Under the pieces are notes generated by a model. It searched no databases. It saw only the letters and a list, made by a program, of their open reading frames with translations, and was not told the DNA's origin. Of a DNA stretch of 52,116 nucleotides, positions 34,661-45,307 are shown piece after piece; positions within the stretch are counted from its first letter, which is position 1, and every line of letters starts with the position of its first letter. Origin of the DNA: a virus (Duplodnaviria; Caudoviricetes); the IMG/VR virus record IMGVR_UViG_3300025353_000004, positions 1 through 52,116 of that record. One strand, written 5' to 3'. The position numbers were made by a program, and so were the translations under genes.

Positions 34661-35979
34661 CTAACCAAATTGTAAATGTCGTTGTCACCCAACAAGTGGC
34701 AAGCGCACCTAATCAGCTACAGCAGACAGGGGCGTTTGTATCACAAGGTGGTACAACTTTAGCCGCTGGAACTACTCAACTGTTAACTCAGTTAAGTGAT
34801 TTAACCAGCATCCTTAGACCTGCAACTGCAATTACTTCTCTTACTTGGGAAACCAATGTGGTAACTGTTACAACCACTACTGCTCATGGTATTCCAAGCG
34901 GTGATACAGTTCAAATTGTTATTGCTGGATGTACACCAACGGGATATAACGGCACTTTTGCTGGTACTTCTACTGGAACAAATACAGTTACTTATCCATT
35001 ATTGACAAATCCAGGTTCTGAAACTACTTTAGGTACTTTGCAACTTAATTCCACTTTGGAATTAACAGCAATGGCAAACACTTTTTTTGCTCAAGGTTCT
35101 ACAGTAGCAGTATTTGTTTTGGAATTAGGAGCAAATACTGTAGCTAATGGAATTACTGAATTAGAAGCTTACATTACAGCTAATGCTGGTCATCCACCAA
35201 CATCTCCAACGCCACAGTTTTATAGTTATTTGTTGCCTACAGAATGGGATGTAGTTGGCGCAGAAACAATGGCTGGCTTATATGATGGTACAACTGCACA
35301 AGTTTACTTTTATGTATCTAGTACATTAGCTACTTATTCTGGTTGGGAAGGTAAAAAATCAGCATTTGTTACTTTACCAAGTCCAAATGCGCCAGCACAA
35401 GAATTTAGTGCCGCCGCTATTTTTTGGGCTTCTTTGGCTTATAACCCTAATGCCAGCAATTTAGCGCATCCTTTTGAATACACTTATGTTTATTCTGTAA
35501 CCCCTTATAGCACTCTAACCAATACTCAACAAGCTCAATTGTTGGGGGCTGGTGTTAACTGGGTTGGTACAGGCGCACAAGGCGGTATTTCAAATACGCT
35601 AATTGAAGGCGGTACTTATATGGATTTAAACCCATTTAATTACTGGTATTGTGTGGATTGGCTTTCTATTAATGTGGCTCAAGCTTTATCAGCCGCTATT
35701 ATTAATGGCTCTAATTTGCCAACAAATCCTTTGTATTACAACCAAGCTGGTATTAATACCTTGCAAAAAGTAGCACAAGCGACTGTAAATAATGGTATTT
35801 CGTTTGGATTGATTCTTTCACCTGCTAGTGTAAATGCAATTCCATTTACTACTTATGTAGCACAAAATCCGGGTGATTATGCAACTGGTACTTATAACGG
35901 CTTGAGCCTGACATTCGTTCCATTGCGTGGATTCAGTTCTATTACGATCTACTTAACTGCAAGCAACATTCCAGTTTAA
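34657..35979 (+). CDS. Tail sheath protein (DUF3383-like)
   Basis: WYCVDW and YYNQAGI motifs; precedes the tube gene; contains an FCCH-like insert. Confidence 0.75.
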   Translation: MTNQIVNVVVTQQVASAPNQLQQTGAFVSQGGTTLAAGTTQLLTQLSDLTSILRPATAITSLTWETNVVTVTTTTAHGIPSGDTVQIVIAGCTPTGYNGTFAGTSTGTNTVTYPLLTNPGSETTLGTLQLNSTLELTAMANTFFAQGSTVAVFVLELGANTVANGITELEAYITANAGHPPTSPTPQFYSYLLPTEWDVVGAETMAGLYDGTTAQVYFYVSSTLATYSGWEGKKSAFVTLPSPNAPAQEFSAAAIFWASLAYNPNASNLAHPFEYTYVYSVTPYSTLTNTQQAQLLGAGVNWVGTGAQGGISNTLIEGGTYMDLNPFNYWYCVDWLSINVAQALSAAIINGSNLPTNPLYYNQAGINTLQKVAQATVNNGISFGLILSPASVNAIPFTTYVAQNPGDYATGTYNGLSLTFVPLRGFSSITIYLTASNIPV

Positions 35980-35990
35980 GGGGAAAATAA

Positions 35991-36431
35991 ATGGCATCTA
36001 ATCCACAAATCCAACAAGGTACATTAAATCGGCTACTAGCTAGCGTAGTCTATGCTGACTTCACTCAACTGAATGTCACATCAGGCTATTTGGCTAGAGA
36101 AGCTATTAGTTTGTCTTTTGATGGCGATACTTCCCTGCTTATTGGCACTTTAACTGGAGCAGTAACCAGCCCAGAGCCATATATTTACGGAACTGTCACT
36201 ATGCACTTACTAAGAACTCAAGCTCTTGGTGAAGCGTATAGCAGTCAAATTAGAACTAATACAACTTTGGGTTCAGTAACAGTTTACCCAGATACACAAG
36301 TTTTACAGCCATTCCAGCTAAACAATTGCGTTTTAATGAGTATTCAAGAAACTGCTTTTGATGGTACACAAGCTGGTTTAGTTGTTCGCTTGCGTGGTGT
36401 ATATAACATTAACTCAACCCTATTTGCTTAA
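35991..36431 (+). CDS. Tail tube protein
   Basis: 146 aa, beta-rich, directly after the sheath gene. Confidence 0.7.
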   Translation: MASNPQIQQGTLNRLLASVVYADFTQLNVTSGYLAREAISLSFDGDTSLLIGTLTGAVTSPEPYIYGTVTMHLLRTQALGEAYSSQIRTNTTLGSVTVYPDTQVLQPFQLNNCVLMSIQETAFDGTQAGLVVRLRGVYNINSTLFA

Positions 36432-36450
36432 TCTAATGAAGGAATAAAAA

Positions 36451-37035
36451 TTGAAAATTGATCGTAATCTGTCCCTTGTGATGCAGGTGCAGACTGAGAA
36501 TAATGGAACAGTTCACATCCACTCCACTTCTATCAGTCGATCTGTATTTGAACAATTTTATTTGGAATTAGGAAAAGTATTTAGTCAATGTTTTGACAGT
36601 ATTAATCAAGCGCATTTAGCTTTATCCGCACCCCAACTAGCTTATCCAGCCCTAAAGTCAATTGCGACAAAGGCGGGTAACTGGGATGGGGCAGGTGGAG
36701 TTAAATTTGGTTTAATAAATGAAATTATTCGTTTAACCAATGTAATAGTTAGTACTGAAAAAGGCTGGGAAACTATGCCTTTTGATATAGCGGTAAAGAA
36801 TGAAGTTCTTAATGAAGATGAGGAAGCTGAAGCAATTAGCTCTTTAGTTTTTTTTACAGCAATCTCCAAGGTTGCACCGAAGGACTTGAAAAATTCTTTC
36901 TTGGAGATGGCAGGTGCATTGAGAAGTTGGGAGCTTACATTCTCGGAATGTACGGAGTACATGAGTGGTTTGCCGATATTGACCAAGAAAGAAAGTACTG
37001 GCAAGAAGGCGAAGGAATCATTCATAGTGTCCTAG
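36451..37035 (+). CDS. Tail assembly chaperone
   Basis: Between tube and tape measure; AAGGA RBS, TTG start. Confidence 0.6.
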   Translation: MKIDRNLSLVMQVQTENNGTVHIHSTSISRSVFEQFYLELGKVFSQCFDSINQAHLALSAPQLAYPALKSIATKAGNWDGAGGVKFGLINEIIRLTNVIVSTEKGWETMPFDIAVKNEVLNEDEEAEAISSLVFFTAISKVAPKDLKNSFLEMAGALRSWELTFSECTEYMSGLPILTKKESTGKKAKESFIVS

Positions 37036-37157
37036 ACAACATTACTTACATAAATTTTGGTGAGTTTATGAAAGAAATAGGGTTTAAATGGGAAGATGCT
37101 TCAGAATATCGTCAAAGGTATTTAATTAGGGCAATAAAGAATAAGAGTTTATTTTAA
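36855..37157 (+). CDS. Probable -1 frameshift extension of the tail assembly chaperone
   Basis: The -1 frame is open from 36840 to 37157; T-TTT-TTT slippery heptamer at 36849..36855. Confidence 0.45.
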   Translation, partial: YSNLQGCTEGLEKFFLGDGRCIEKLGAYILGMYGVHEWFADIDQERKYWQEGEGIIHSVLDNITYINFGEFMKEIGFKWEDASEYRQRYLIRAIKNKSLF

Positions 37158-37173
37158 TTACTAGGAAGATAAC

Positions 37174-38745
37174 ATGACAGTAAAATCAGTAATTGAAATA
37201 GATGTCTTAGATGAAAAGTTTAAAGCTTTTAGTGCTTCTTTTGAAAAGTATAAAAAATCTGTTGAAGATCATTCCAAAAAATGGAAAGAAGTTAACAAAG
37301 CTTTAGAAGAAGCTGAAAAACGCCAAAAAGCATTTAATAAATCCATTCAAGATGGTGGAGTTGCTTTAAAAAATGCTGTTTCTGTTACAGCTTCTATTGC
37401 AAGCAATATGGCTTCAGCCGCTTTATCTGCGGCTAAATGGCTTACTTATGCCGCATTAGGTGGTGGATTTGGTCTTGGTGGATTGGCTGGATCAGCAAGT
37501 AATCTTCGTAGAGAAGCTACAGGTCTTGGTGTCAATTCAAGTCAATTAAGAGCCGCTAGAACTTATGGTGAGCCTTATTTGGGTGGCATTGAAGGAGTAA
37601 TGTCTAATATTCAAAGACTACAAACTACCCTTACAGAACAATATAAAGTTGGCATTTTAGGCGGAAATTTAAATAAAAATGCTTTTCAGAATCTTCCAGA
37701 TGTCTTAACTAAAGCAAGACAAGCAATGAAAGATGCTGGTGGCAATATAGATGTCGCCAGAGCTATGACCCCCGGTTTGCAAGATGTTCTAAGTGAAGAA
37801 CAGTTACAAACTGTTGGCAATATGAAGCCAAAAGAATTTGCAACCCTTATAAATTCTTTGCGTACTGGCTCTAATAGAATGAATTTAGATGATGCTGACT
37901 ATGAAGCATGGCGTAAATTTTGGGTTCAATTAAAAGAATCTGGCAATGTTATTGAAGAATCATTGCTTAGAAATTTAAAAACATTAACGCCACAGTTAAC
38001 AACTCTTTCTAGAGTTATTGCAGATACCATTAATGACATTCTTAAAAGTAAAGAATTTGGCGAGTTAATGGATACTGTAAATCAAGGAATTAAAGATTTT
38101 GGTAAATATTTAACTTCTGGTGAAGCCAAAGATGATATGAAAACATTTTTAGATGCTTTAAAACTGTTATCTAGGGCAATTGTTGATGTTGCTGAATTTT
38201 TTGGATTAATACCAGATAAATCATTAAAAAATCAACCTAGTGGAATGAATTGGTTTAATGATGCTAAAAACAATAATTGGGCTGGGACTTCTAAAGATGG
38301 TCAACAAGCTATAGGTTTTAATGCAAGAATTAATAGTTCATTAGATAGCTATAATCCTTTTTCAATTTTAAAAGGTGTTAATTCAAAATTAGCGGCTTCT
38401 ATACAAATGGCTGGATTAGACCCAATTAGCGGTTATCGCACAGAATCACAACAAAAAGTTTTATATGATGCTTGGATTTCTGGTGGTAAAAGAGGAAATC
38501 TTGTAGCTAAACCGGGTGAAAGCACACATCAATTTGGTGAAGGCGCGGATGTATCTATGACAAGTTTAAGAAACTTTTTATCCAAACATACTGAAGAAGA
38601 ATTAAATCAGCAATACAATTTAAAAAGACCTTATGGTGCAAAAGATCCTAACCATGTGGAACTTTATAACCCTAACAGAACAGATATTTATGTTCATTTT
38701 GATGGTCAAGCTAGTAAAGCTAATGCCATGTCTGGTAAACAATAA
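37174..38745 (+). CDS. Tape measure protein with C-terminal M15 peptidase domain
   Basis: Long helical body; SGYRT..QQ..LY, AKPGESTHQFG..D and DPNHVE motifs. Confidence 0.8.
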   Translation: MTVKSVIEIDVLDEKFKAFSASFEKYKKSVEDHSKKWKEVNKALEEAEKRQKAFNKSIQDGGVALKNAVSVTASIASNMASAALSAAKWLTYAALGGGFGLGGLAGSASNLRREATGLGVNSSQLRAARTYGEPYLGGIEGVMSNIQRLQTTLTEQYKVGILGGNLNKNAFQNLPDVLTKARQAMKDAGGNIDVARAMTPGLQDVLSEEQLQTVGNMKPKEFATLINSLRTGSNRMNLDDADYEAWRKFWVQLKESGNVIEESLLRNLKTLTPQLTTLSRVIADTINDILKSKEFGELMDTVNQGIKDFGKYLTSGEAKDDMKTFLDALKLLSRAIVDVAEFFGLIPDKSLKNQPSGMNWFNDAKNNNWAGTSKDGQQAIGFNARINSSLDSYNPFSILKGVNSKLAASIQMAGLDPISGYRTESQQKVLYDAWISGGKRGNLVAKPGESTHQFGEGADVSMTSLRNFLSKHTEEELNQQYNLKRPYGAKDPNHVELYNPNRTDIYVHFDGQASKANAMSGKQ

Positions 38746-39371
38746 TGACTTCTTTAGCTCAAACAACTTTTGCCGCCGCCTTTGAAATAGCCCCTATTTG
38801 GCTAGTAGGTGGTCTTGCTGACTATGTTGGTGGATATACTCCAATTACTTTATTAACGGAAATGATGGATATTCCGGGAATTGAAAATGGGGAATTTTTT
38901 GCTCATTACAAACCATTGCCGGGCGGTACTTTAGCTAAATGGCAAGTTGCTGAATATCCTTTTGCCAACTTTGCTACTGCGGCAAATGCTGTAGTGCAAC
39001 AACCTTTAGAAATTAGTATGTTGATGGTTTGCCCAGCACAAACAGGTGGTGGATACCTTATTAAACAAGCTATTTTGACAGCTTTACAGTTTGGAATTCA
39101 AAAACACATTACAACTGGTGGAACTTTTACAGTTTTAACGCCAGCTTTTACTTATGCAAATTGTTTATTAACAGGCATTAGAGATATAACCCCTGCTGGA
39201 GATAAACAAGTTCAATATATGTTTCAATGGGATTTTGTCCAACCATTAATTACTACATCACAAGCTCAGTCTGTTTTGGGTGGGCTGATGAACAAAGTAT
39301 CAAATGGATTGCAAACAACTGCTACTTGGACACAAACCCCAGCCGCAGATATTAATTCTTTTGCGGATTGA
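38745..39371 (+). CDS. Tail tube initiator/baseplate protein
   Basis: Synteny after the tape measure gene. Confidence 0.5.
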   Translation: MTSLAQTTFAAAFEIAPIWLVGGLADYVGGYTPITLLTEMMDIPGIENGEFFAHYKPLPGGTLAKWQVAEYPFANFATAANAVVQQPLEISMLMVCPAQTGGGYLIKQAILTALQFGIQKHITTGGTFTVLTPAFTYANCLLTGIRDITPAGDKQVQYMFQWDFVQPLITTSQAQSVLGGLMNKVSNGLQTTATWTQTPAADINSFAD

Positions 39372-39373
39372 TT

Positions 39374-39643
39374 ATGACTATAGTTAACTTTAATCCAACT
39401 CCTTTTGCAAACTTTCAATTTAATGCCACATTAGATGGTGTTAATTATGTAGTTATTTGCACTTGGAATATTTATGCTCCAAGGTATTACATCAATGTTT
39501 ATAACAACAATGGCACTTTAATTGTTACAAATCCTGTTGTTGCTTCTCCTGATGATTTTGATATTAATTTGGTTTATGGATATTTCACTACTTCAAAGAT
39601 AGTTTATAGGCTTAGTAGCAATAATTTTGAGATAAGCCCATGA
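39374..39643 (+). CDS. Small baseplate protein
   Basis: Synteny; LDG..Y....WN...RYY motif. Confidence 0.55.
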   Translation: MTIVNFNPTPFANFQFNATLDGVNYVVICTWNIYAPRYYINVYNNNGTLIVTNPVVASPDDFDINLVYGYFTTSKIVYRLSSNNFEISP

Positions 39644-40653
39644 GATTTTATGACATCACTATTACCCCGCCATTAGAAGAACCAAATCGTTTTAACGCTT
39701 TTAGTTTTAGCTCACAATCAGGATTTGGATCAGATAATTATTCTTGTCTTAAAGTAGATTTAGACATTTATCAAAACGCATATCATCAATATGCTTCTAA
39801 TGGCTATGTAAGGGTTTTTGGCATCAATTTAAAAGATTTGAGTCAAATTGGAAATTACAATCCAGTAATTACTTCAGATGGAAGAAAAGTTCAACTGTGC
39901 GGAATTATTATTCAAGTGGGAATGTCTAAGGGTTTACCCTATGCAAATCCTAGACAAAGAGGAATAATTCTTCAAGGTTCAATTCTTCAAGCTTTTGCAA
40001 ATTGGCAAGGAACAGAAGTTACATTAGATTTAGTTATTGTTCCGGGGTATGTGGACTCTAACGCTTTGCGTAACATTCCTTTTGTAATGAAAAAAGATCA
40101 AGAATTAACTGTTGCTGTAAAACAAGCCCTTAAAACTGCTTACCCAACAACAAATATTAATGGTTCATTTAGTTCTGGATTGGTATATACAGAAGATACA
40201 CAAGCTCAAAATTTTGACTTATTAACACTTTCAAGTCAAATAAATCAAATTAGCAAATCAATTAAAAAAGATCCTACTTATACAGGAGCAATCATTACTT
40301 CTAATTCTGAAGGGTTTTTTCTAACTGATTCTGCTATTACCACAATTGCTACAAGACAAATTGATTTTACTGATGTTATTGGAAACTTAACTTGGCTTGG
40401 AATCAATACTATTCAAGCTAAAGTAGTAATGCGTGGTGACTTAAATATTGGGGATTACATTTCTTTTCAATCAGGAATACCTATTTTAAATATTGTTAAC
40501 AATAGTTCTCAATATAGAAATAAAATTGCATTTAATGGCGTATTTTTTATTACAAAATTACATCATGTTGGAAGCAGTAGACAAGCTGATGGCAATGCTT
40601 GGGTAACTATTATTGAAGCAATTATCCCTAATTCACCAATAAATCAAACATGA
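39640..40653 (+). CDS. Baseplate hub protein
   Basis: Synteny; C-terminal NG.F.I..L.H.G.SR...W.T motif. Confidence 0.6.
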   Translation: MRFYDITITPPLEEPNRFNAFSFSSQSGFGSDNYSCLKVDLDIYQNAYHQYASNGYVRVFGINLKDLSQIGNYNPVITSDGRKVQLCGIIIQVGMSKGLPYANPRQRGIILQGSILQAFANWQGTEVTLDLVIVPGYVDSNALRNIPFVMKKDQELTVAVKQALKTAYPTTNINGSFSSGLVYTEDTQAQNFDLLTLSSQINQISKSIKKDPTYTGAIITSNSEGFFLTDSAITTIATRQIDFTDVIGNLTWLGINTIQAKVVMRGDLNIGDYISFQSGIPILNIVNNSSQYRNKIAFNGVFFITKLHHVGSSRQADGNAWVTIIEAIIPNSPINQT

Positions 40654-41393
40654 CCGCTGAACAAAAAACGCCCTTTGCGGTATCAATAAGCAATTATGTT
40701 CAATCTCAATTAGAGAAAAACAGGCAATCTTTTGGCTGGCAATTGCCTTGTAGAGTAATAGCTGTTGATGGAGCAATTGTTACAGTTAACTTTGAAATTG
40801 ATACAGGCGGACAATATACTTTTCCACCTGTTACTTGTCCAATAGCCCAAAGTACTTATGTTCGATTACCTGTACAAATTGGTGATTTGGGAATGTGTAT
40901 ATCTGCTGATGCAAGATTAGGCGGTATAACGGGTCTTGGAGTAAAAGGGTCATTATCCCCTTTGGGGCTTCCTTTTAACCTTGGTGCGCTTGTTTATGTG
41001 CCTCTGGGGGCTACTGATTGGTCTAGTGTTGATCCTAATGCGGTAAATATTAATGCTCCAAATGGAGCAGTAATTAGAGATACCAATAATCTTTGCACAA
41101 TCACTTTAGTACCTTCTGGAGTTACCATTGTTCGTGGTGATACCCAAATGGTAATTAATGATGCTGGAGTTACTATTACTGGTAATTTATTAGTTCATGG
41201 AACAATTACTGGTGATAATGGATTTCATATTACTGGTGGAACTGGTGCTACTATGCAAATTACTGGCGATATTCAGCAAACTGGTAATTACACCAGTACA
41301 GGTACACTTACCAATAATGGAAAAGCTGTCGGAAGTACGCATACTCATGGTGGCGTACAAACTGGTAGCGGAACTACAGGAACACCAACATGA
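40650..41393 (+). CDS. Baseplate central spike
   Basis: OB-like N-terminus; C-terminal HTHGGVQTGSGTTGTP iron-binding tip. Confidence 0.85.
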   Translation: MTAEQKTPFAVSISNYVQSQLEKNRQSFGWQLPCRVIAVDGAIVTVNFEIDTGGQYTFPPVTCPIAQSTYVRLPVQIGDLGMCISADARLGGITGLGVKGSLSPLGLPFNLGALVYVPLGATDWSSVDPNAVNINAPNGAVIRDTNNLCTITLVPSGVTIVRGDTQMVINDAGVTITGNLLVHGTITGDNGFHITGGTGATMQITGDIQQTGNYTSTGTLTNNGKAVGSTHTHGGVQTGSGTTGTPT

Positions 41394-41710
41394 GAACTTA
41401 TGGCGTAAATTCTTCAGGTCAATGGATAGAAATCTTAGAAACAGGGTATATTTATTTGGCTACTTTAGCCCAAACTTTAAGGTTAAATCAAGGGGAAAGC
41501 CCTTTTTATGCTAACTATGGCATACCAGCACAAAATTCTGTCCATACTCAAATTCCACCTGATTTAGCGGTTAATAGAACACAAACACAATACGCCCCAT
41601 TTTTTGCTAGTTTGACTGTATTAAAACAACAAAATGCGGCAAACCCAACTTATAATATTAGTGCTGTATTCCAAAACGGAACAACGATTTCTTCTCAGGT
41701 GGCTACTTAA
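41390..41710 (+). CDS. Baseplate wedge (gp25-like)
   Basis: LAQTLRL..GESPFY...GIP motif after the spike gene. Confidence 0.65.
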   Translation: MRTYGVNSSGQWIEILETGYIYLATLAQTLRLNQGESPFYANYGIPAQNSVHTQIPPDLAVNRTQTQYAPFFASLTVLKQQNAANPTYNISAVFQNGTTISSQVAT

Positions 41711-43107
41711 TGGCTCAAATAACTACTGCTGGAGCAATACCAGCTTTACCAACAGACCTATTAAATGCTGAAATTGCGGCGGCTACAGCTTTAGCACCCG
41801 GTCTTACAGCTAACCTTCCGGGTTCTCTTGTAGAAGATATGGCTTCAACTGCGGCTGGCGCTGTAGTAATACAAGATCAAGCCTTTGTGGATTTGGTTAA
41901 CTCTATTAGCCCTGCAACGGCTAACCCTTCAATTCTTTATCAATTGGGGCAAGTCTATGGTGTCGAACAAGGTCAAGGTTCTAATACTTCCGTTTATGTT
42001 GTTTTTACAGGTCTTGCTGGTTTTGTTATTCCTGTTGGATTTACTGTATCTGATGGTACTTACCAATATACAGTTCAGGATGGTGGAATTATTGCTACTT
42101 CTGGACAAACTTCGCCTTTGTATTGTTTAGCAACAGTTCAAGGTTCTTGGGCTATTCCAGCGGGAACTGTTACTCAAATTATTACTTCTGTTCCAGCAGG
42201 GTTTACCCTTACTGTTACTAATCCTGATGATGGATTGCCCGGTCTTACAGCACAAACAATTGCTTCGTATCAAGCTCAAGTAGTTCAAGCTGGTATGGTT
42301 ACTTGTCAAGGTGTACCAACTTTTATTAAAACTCAACTGCAAAAAGTTATAGGGGTTCAAGCTAGGCTGATTTCAATTAGATTAATTGCTACTAATGAGT
42401 GGGAAATTATTGTAGGCGGCGGCGATCCTTATCAAGTAGCTAATGCTATTTTTAATAGCGTTCCTGATATTTCTAATTTAGTAGGTTCTACTCTTGCTGT
42501 TACTGCTATTACTACTGCAAATCCGGGTGTTGTCACTACCGATTTAAATCATGGCTATGCAACTGGACAAGTAATTACCATAGCTGGTGTTACGCCATCT
42601 TGGTTTAATAATAACTACACCATTACTGTTATTGATGAAAAATCCTTTAGTTTAGGAGTAACAACTGTAGGTCATGCTTATACAAGTGGCGGTGTTGTAA
42701 CGCCTAATTTACGCAATATAACTGTATCTATTGATGATTATCCAGATATTTATAGCATTATTTTTGTAAATCCACCTTCTCAAACTGTTGAAATAGTCAT
42801 TACTTGGAACACTATTTCTACCAATTTAGTATCTCCAACTGCTGTAGCTCAACTAACAACCCCAGCTATTGTTGATTACATTAATAGTATTCCTGTTGGT
42901 CAACCAATTAATACTTATGAATTGCAAGATTCCTTTCAAAATGCAGTAGAACCCATTATTTCTGCAAGTCAAGTATCAAAAATTGATTATGTAGTGGCAA
43001 TTAATGGAATAGATACTGCTCCAACTTCTGGAACTTTATTAATTTATGGTGATCCTGAAAGCTATTTTTCTACTAATGCTTCATTGGTATCAGTAGTACA
43101 AGGCTAA
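41710..43107 (+). CDS. Baseplate J-like protein with FCCH-like insert
   Basis: G..IP.G and GG motifs; AITTANPGVVT...HG...G..I.I.GV insert. Confidence 0.75.
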   Translation: MAQITTAGAIPALPTDLLNAEIAAATALAPGLTANLPGSLVEDMASTAAGAVVIQDQAFVDLVNSISPATANPSILYQLGQVYGVEQGQGSNTSVYVVFTGLAGFVIPVGFTVSDGTYQYTVQDGGIIATSGQTSPLYCLATVQGSWAIPAGTVTQIITSVPAGFTLTVTNPDDGLPGLTAQTIASYQAQVVQAGMVTCQGVPTFIKTQLQKVIGVQARLISIRLIATNEWEIIVGGGDPYQVANAIFNSVPDISNLVGSTLAVTAITTANPGVVTTDLNHGYATGQVITIAGVTPSWFNNNYTITVIDEKSFSLGVTTVGHAYTSGGVVTPNLRNITVSIDDYPDIYSIIFVNPPSQTVEIVITWNTISTNLVSPTAVAQLTTPAIVDYINSIPVGQPINTYELQDSFQNAVEPIISASQVSKIDYVVAINGIDTAPTSGTLLIYGDPESYFSTNASLVSVVQG

Positions 43108-43108
43108 T

Positions 43109-43810
43109 ATGCTTACACAAGTGCTTCCAAGCTACCTTTACCAGCAATATACAAAAGATCCGTATAACGAAGATTTACAGGCTTTTTTTACTGCTTACAA
43201 TACTGAATCACAAACTAGGTTAGATGCCACTAATAGCTTAAATTTGCCTATTTATACAAAGCAAATAGCTCCTTTATTAGATTGGACAGCTTATGCCATT
43301 TATGGTGTAACTAGACCTAGCCTTAGCTCTCCTGCTCAATTTTCACCTTTAGGTGTATATGACACAGTTCCTTATGACACTACAGCTTATACACAAAATG
43401 TAACAACTGGCACAAATAGCTATTATATTGTTGATGATGATGTTTTTAAGCGTATTTTGACTTGGAACTTCTATAAAGGTGATGGCTTTCAATACACTAC
43501 ACAATGGTTAAAGCGTAGAGTTAAAAGATTTTTGTTAGGCATTGATGGAATTGATTTTCCTATAGATGAAACTTATAAAATTAGCGTTGTTTATAGTTCA
43601 AATAATACTATAACTATTACAATACCTGATTATGCTATTGCTCCTATTTTTGTTTCAGCTTTGGAATCTAAAGTATTAAATTTTCCATTTCAATATAACT
43701 ACATAGTAACCATTTCTTCAGGGACAGTTTCTTGGGAAAATGATGCTAGCGTTCCTGTTGGATGGGTAAATAATTTTAGTGATCCTATTGGTTGGTACAC
43801 TCCTGTTTAA
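43109..43810 (+). CDS. Baseplate wedge protein (DUF2612/gpI-like)
   Basis: LLDW...IYG..R and DDDVFKRIL motifs; follows baseplate J. Confidence 0.65.
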   Translation: MLTQVLPSYLYQQYTKDPYNEDLQAFFTAYNTESQTRLDATNSLNLPIYTKQIAPLLDWTAYAIYGVTRPSLSSPAQFSPLGVYDTVPYDTTAYTQNVTTGTNSYYIVDDDVFKRILTWNFYKGDGFQYTTQWLKRRVKRFLLGIDGIDFPIDETYKISVVYSSNNTITITIPDYAIAPIFVSALESKVLNFPFQYNYIVTISSGTVSWENDASVPVGWVNNFSDPIGWYTPV

Positions 43811-43821
43811 AGGAAATATTT

Positions 43822-44871
43822 ATGTCAGTTCCGTATACTTTTGCTTCTGCTACATCACCAATTCCTTTATCAGAATTAGATGATAATTTTGCTACTGGAA
43901 TTACTTTAGGTGGAACTACAGTCTATTTAGGCGGAACATACCCTGCTTTTCAAACCTCGGGTTATTCTGGTTATAGTGGTAGTGGCACAAGTGGCTATTC
44001 AGGAAAATCTGGATACTCTGGAATTGGATTTTCAGGTGGTTCTGGCGCATCAGGCTATTCTGGATATAGCGGAATTGGATTTTCAGGTGGTTCTGGCGCA
44101 TCAGGTTATTCTGGATATAGCGGATTATCTGGATATTCAGGATCGGGAATTTCAGGCTATTCTGGATCAGGAATAAGTGGTTTTTCTGGTTATAGCGGTT
44201 TGCCCGGTGCGGCTATTGTTATTAAAGGCACAGTTGCAAATTCAGCCGCATTACCCTCAACAGGAAATACAATTAATGATGCTTATGTAACATCAGATAC
44301 AGGTGACCTTTGGGTTTGGAATGGAACATCTTGGGCTGATATTGGACAATTTGTAGGATATTCTGGCTATTCTGGCATAAGCGGTTATAGTGGTATTTCT
44401 GGATATAGCGGTGTAGGAACATCTGGTTTTAGTGGATATTCTGGAACTTCTGGAACTTCTGGAACTTCTGGGTATTCTGGTTACAGCGGTATAGGTACAT
44501 CAGGCTATTCGGGATTTGGTATTAGCGGTTATAGCGGATCAGGGATTTCTGGTTATAGCGGAAATTCTGGCATTTCTGGCTATTCAGGATTTAACGGAAT
44601 AAGCGGATTTTCAGGTTATTCAGGTACAAGTGGATTTAACGGATATAGCGGTATTAGCGGAACAAATGGAACTAATGGCATTTCTGTTAGTGGATATTCT
44701 GGTTATAGCGGTTTTTCTGGCTATAGCGGTGTATTGGGATTAACCAATTATTCAATAACAGAATCTGGTGGCAAACTAATATTTAAATATGGTGCTACAA
44801 CTATCGCATCATTAGATTCTTCTGGTAATTTTACAACTTTAGCCGCAGTAAACTCTGCTGGCACACCTTAA
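43822..44871 (+). CDS. Gly-X-Ser (SGYSG) repeat fibre protein
   Basis: Two blocks of G-[YIFT]-S triplets around a GDLWVWNGTSW domain. Confidence 0.75.
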   Translation: MSVPYTFASATSPIPLSELDDNFATGITLGGTTVYLGGTYPAFQTSGYSGYSGSGTSGYSGKSGYSGIGFSGGSGASGYSGYSGIGFSGGSGASGYSGYSGLSGYSGSGISGYSGSGISGFSGYSGLPGAAIVIKGTVANSAALPSTGNTINDAYVTSDTGDLWVWNGTSWADIGQFVGYSGYSGISGYSGISGYSGVGTSGFSGYSGTSGTSGTSGYSGYSGIGTSGYSGFGISGYSGSGISGYSGNSGISGYSGFNGISGFSGYSGTSGFNGYSGISGTNGTNGISVSGYSGYSGFSGYSGVLGLTNYSITESGGKLIFKYGATTIASLDSSGNFTTLAAVNSAGTP

Positions 44872-44888
44872 TTTTTAGGAGTTAATTT

Positions 44889-45296
44889 ATGTCAACATCA
44901 ATGGGTAGTACAGGAGTTACATTTCCTGATTCAACAACACAAACAACAGCTTTTACAGGGGGTGGAGTAACTTCAGCGGTTGCTGGTAATGGTGTGGCAG
45001 TATCAGGAGCTACTGGTGCGGTTACATTTAGCGTGTCTGCCCCTTCTGCTAATTCTGTTGGAAGTTATTGTTTTGCATCGATTCAAGCTTATCAAGCTAA
45101 TTGGACTTTTGGTGGTAATTATTCTGTTGGAACAACAAGTCAACAAATACAATTATGGGCAAATGCAGATGGTACTACTGGTGGCACTGTAACAGGCTCA
45201 ATTTCTGGTACTTGGAAATGGATGGGTTTAGGTACTAATTCATCTGGTGGTGGTCAAGCCTCATCTGCTTTTGGTATCGCTGTTCGTGTCGCTTAA
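44889..45296 (+). CDS. Small fibre-like protein
   Basis: GVTFPDSTTQTTA motif; G/S/T-rich; SGTW..MG and VRVA end. Confidence 0.6.
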   Translation: MSTSMGSTGVTFPDSTTQTTAFTGGGVTSAVAGNGVAVSGATGAVTFSVSAPSANSVGSYCFASIQAYQANWTFGGNYSVGTTSQQIQLWANADGTTGGTVTGSISGTWKWMGLGTNSSGGGQASSAFGIAVRVA

Positions 45297-45307
45297 AGGA
45301 AAATAAA

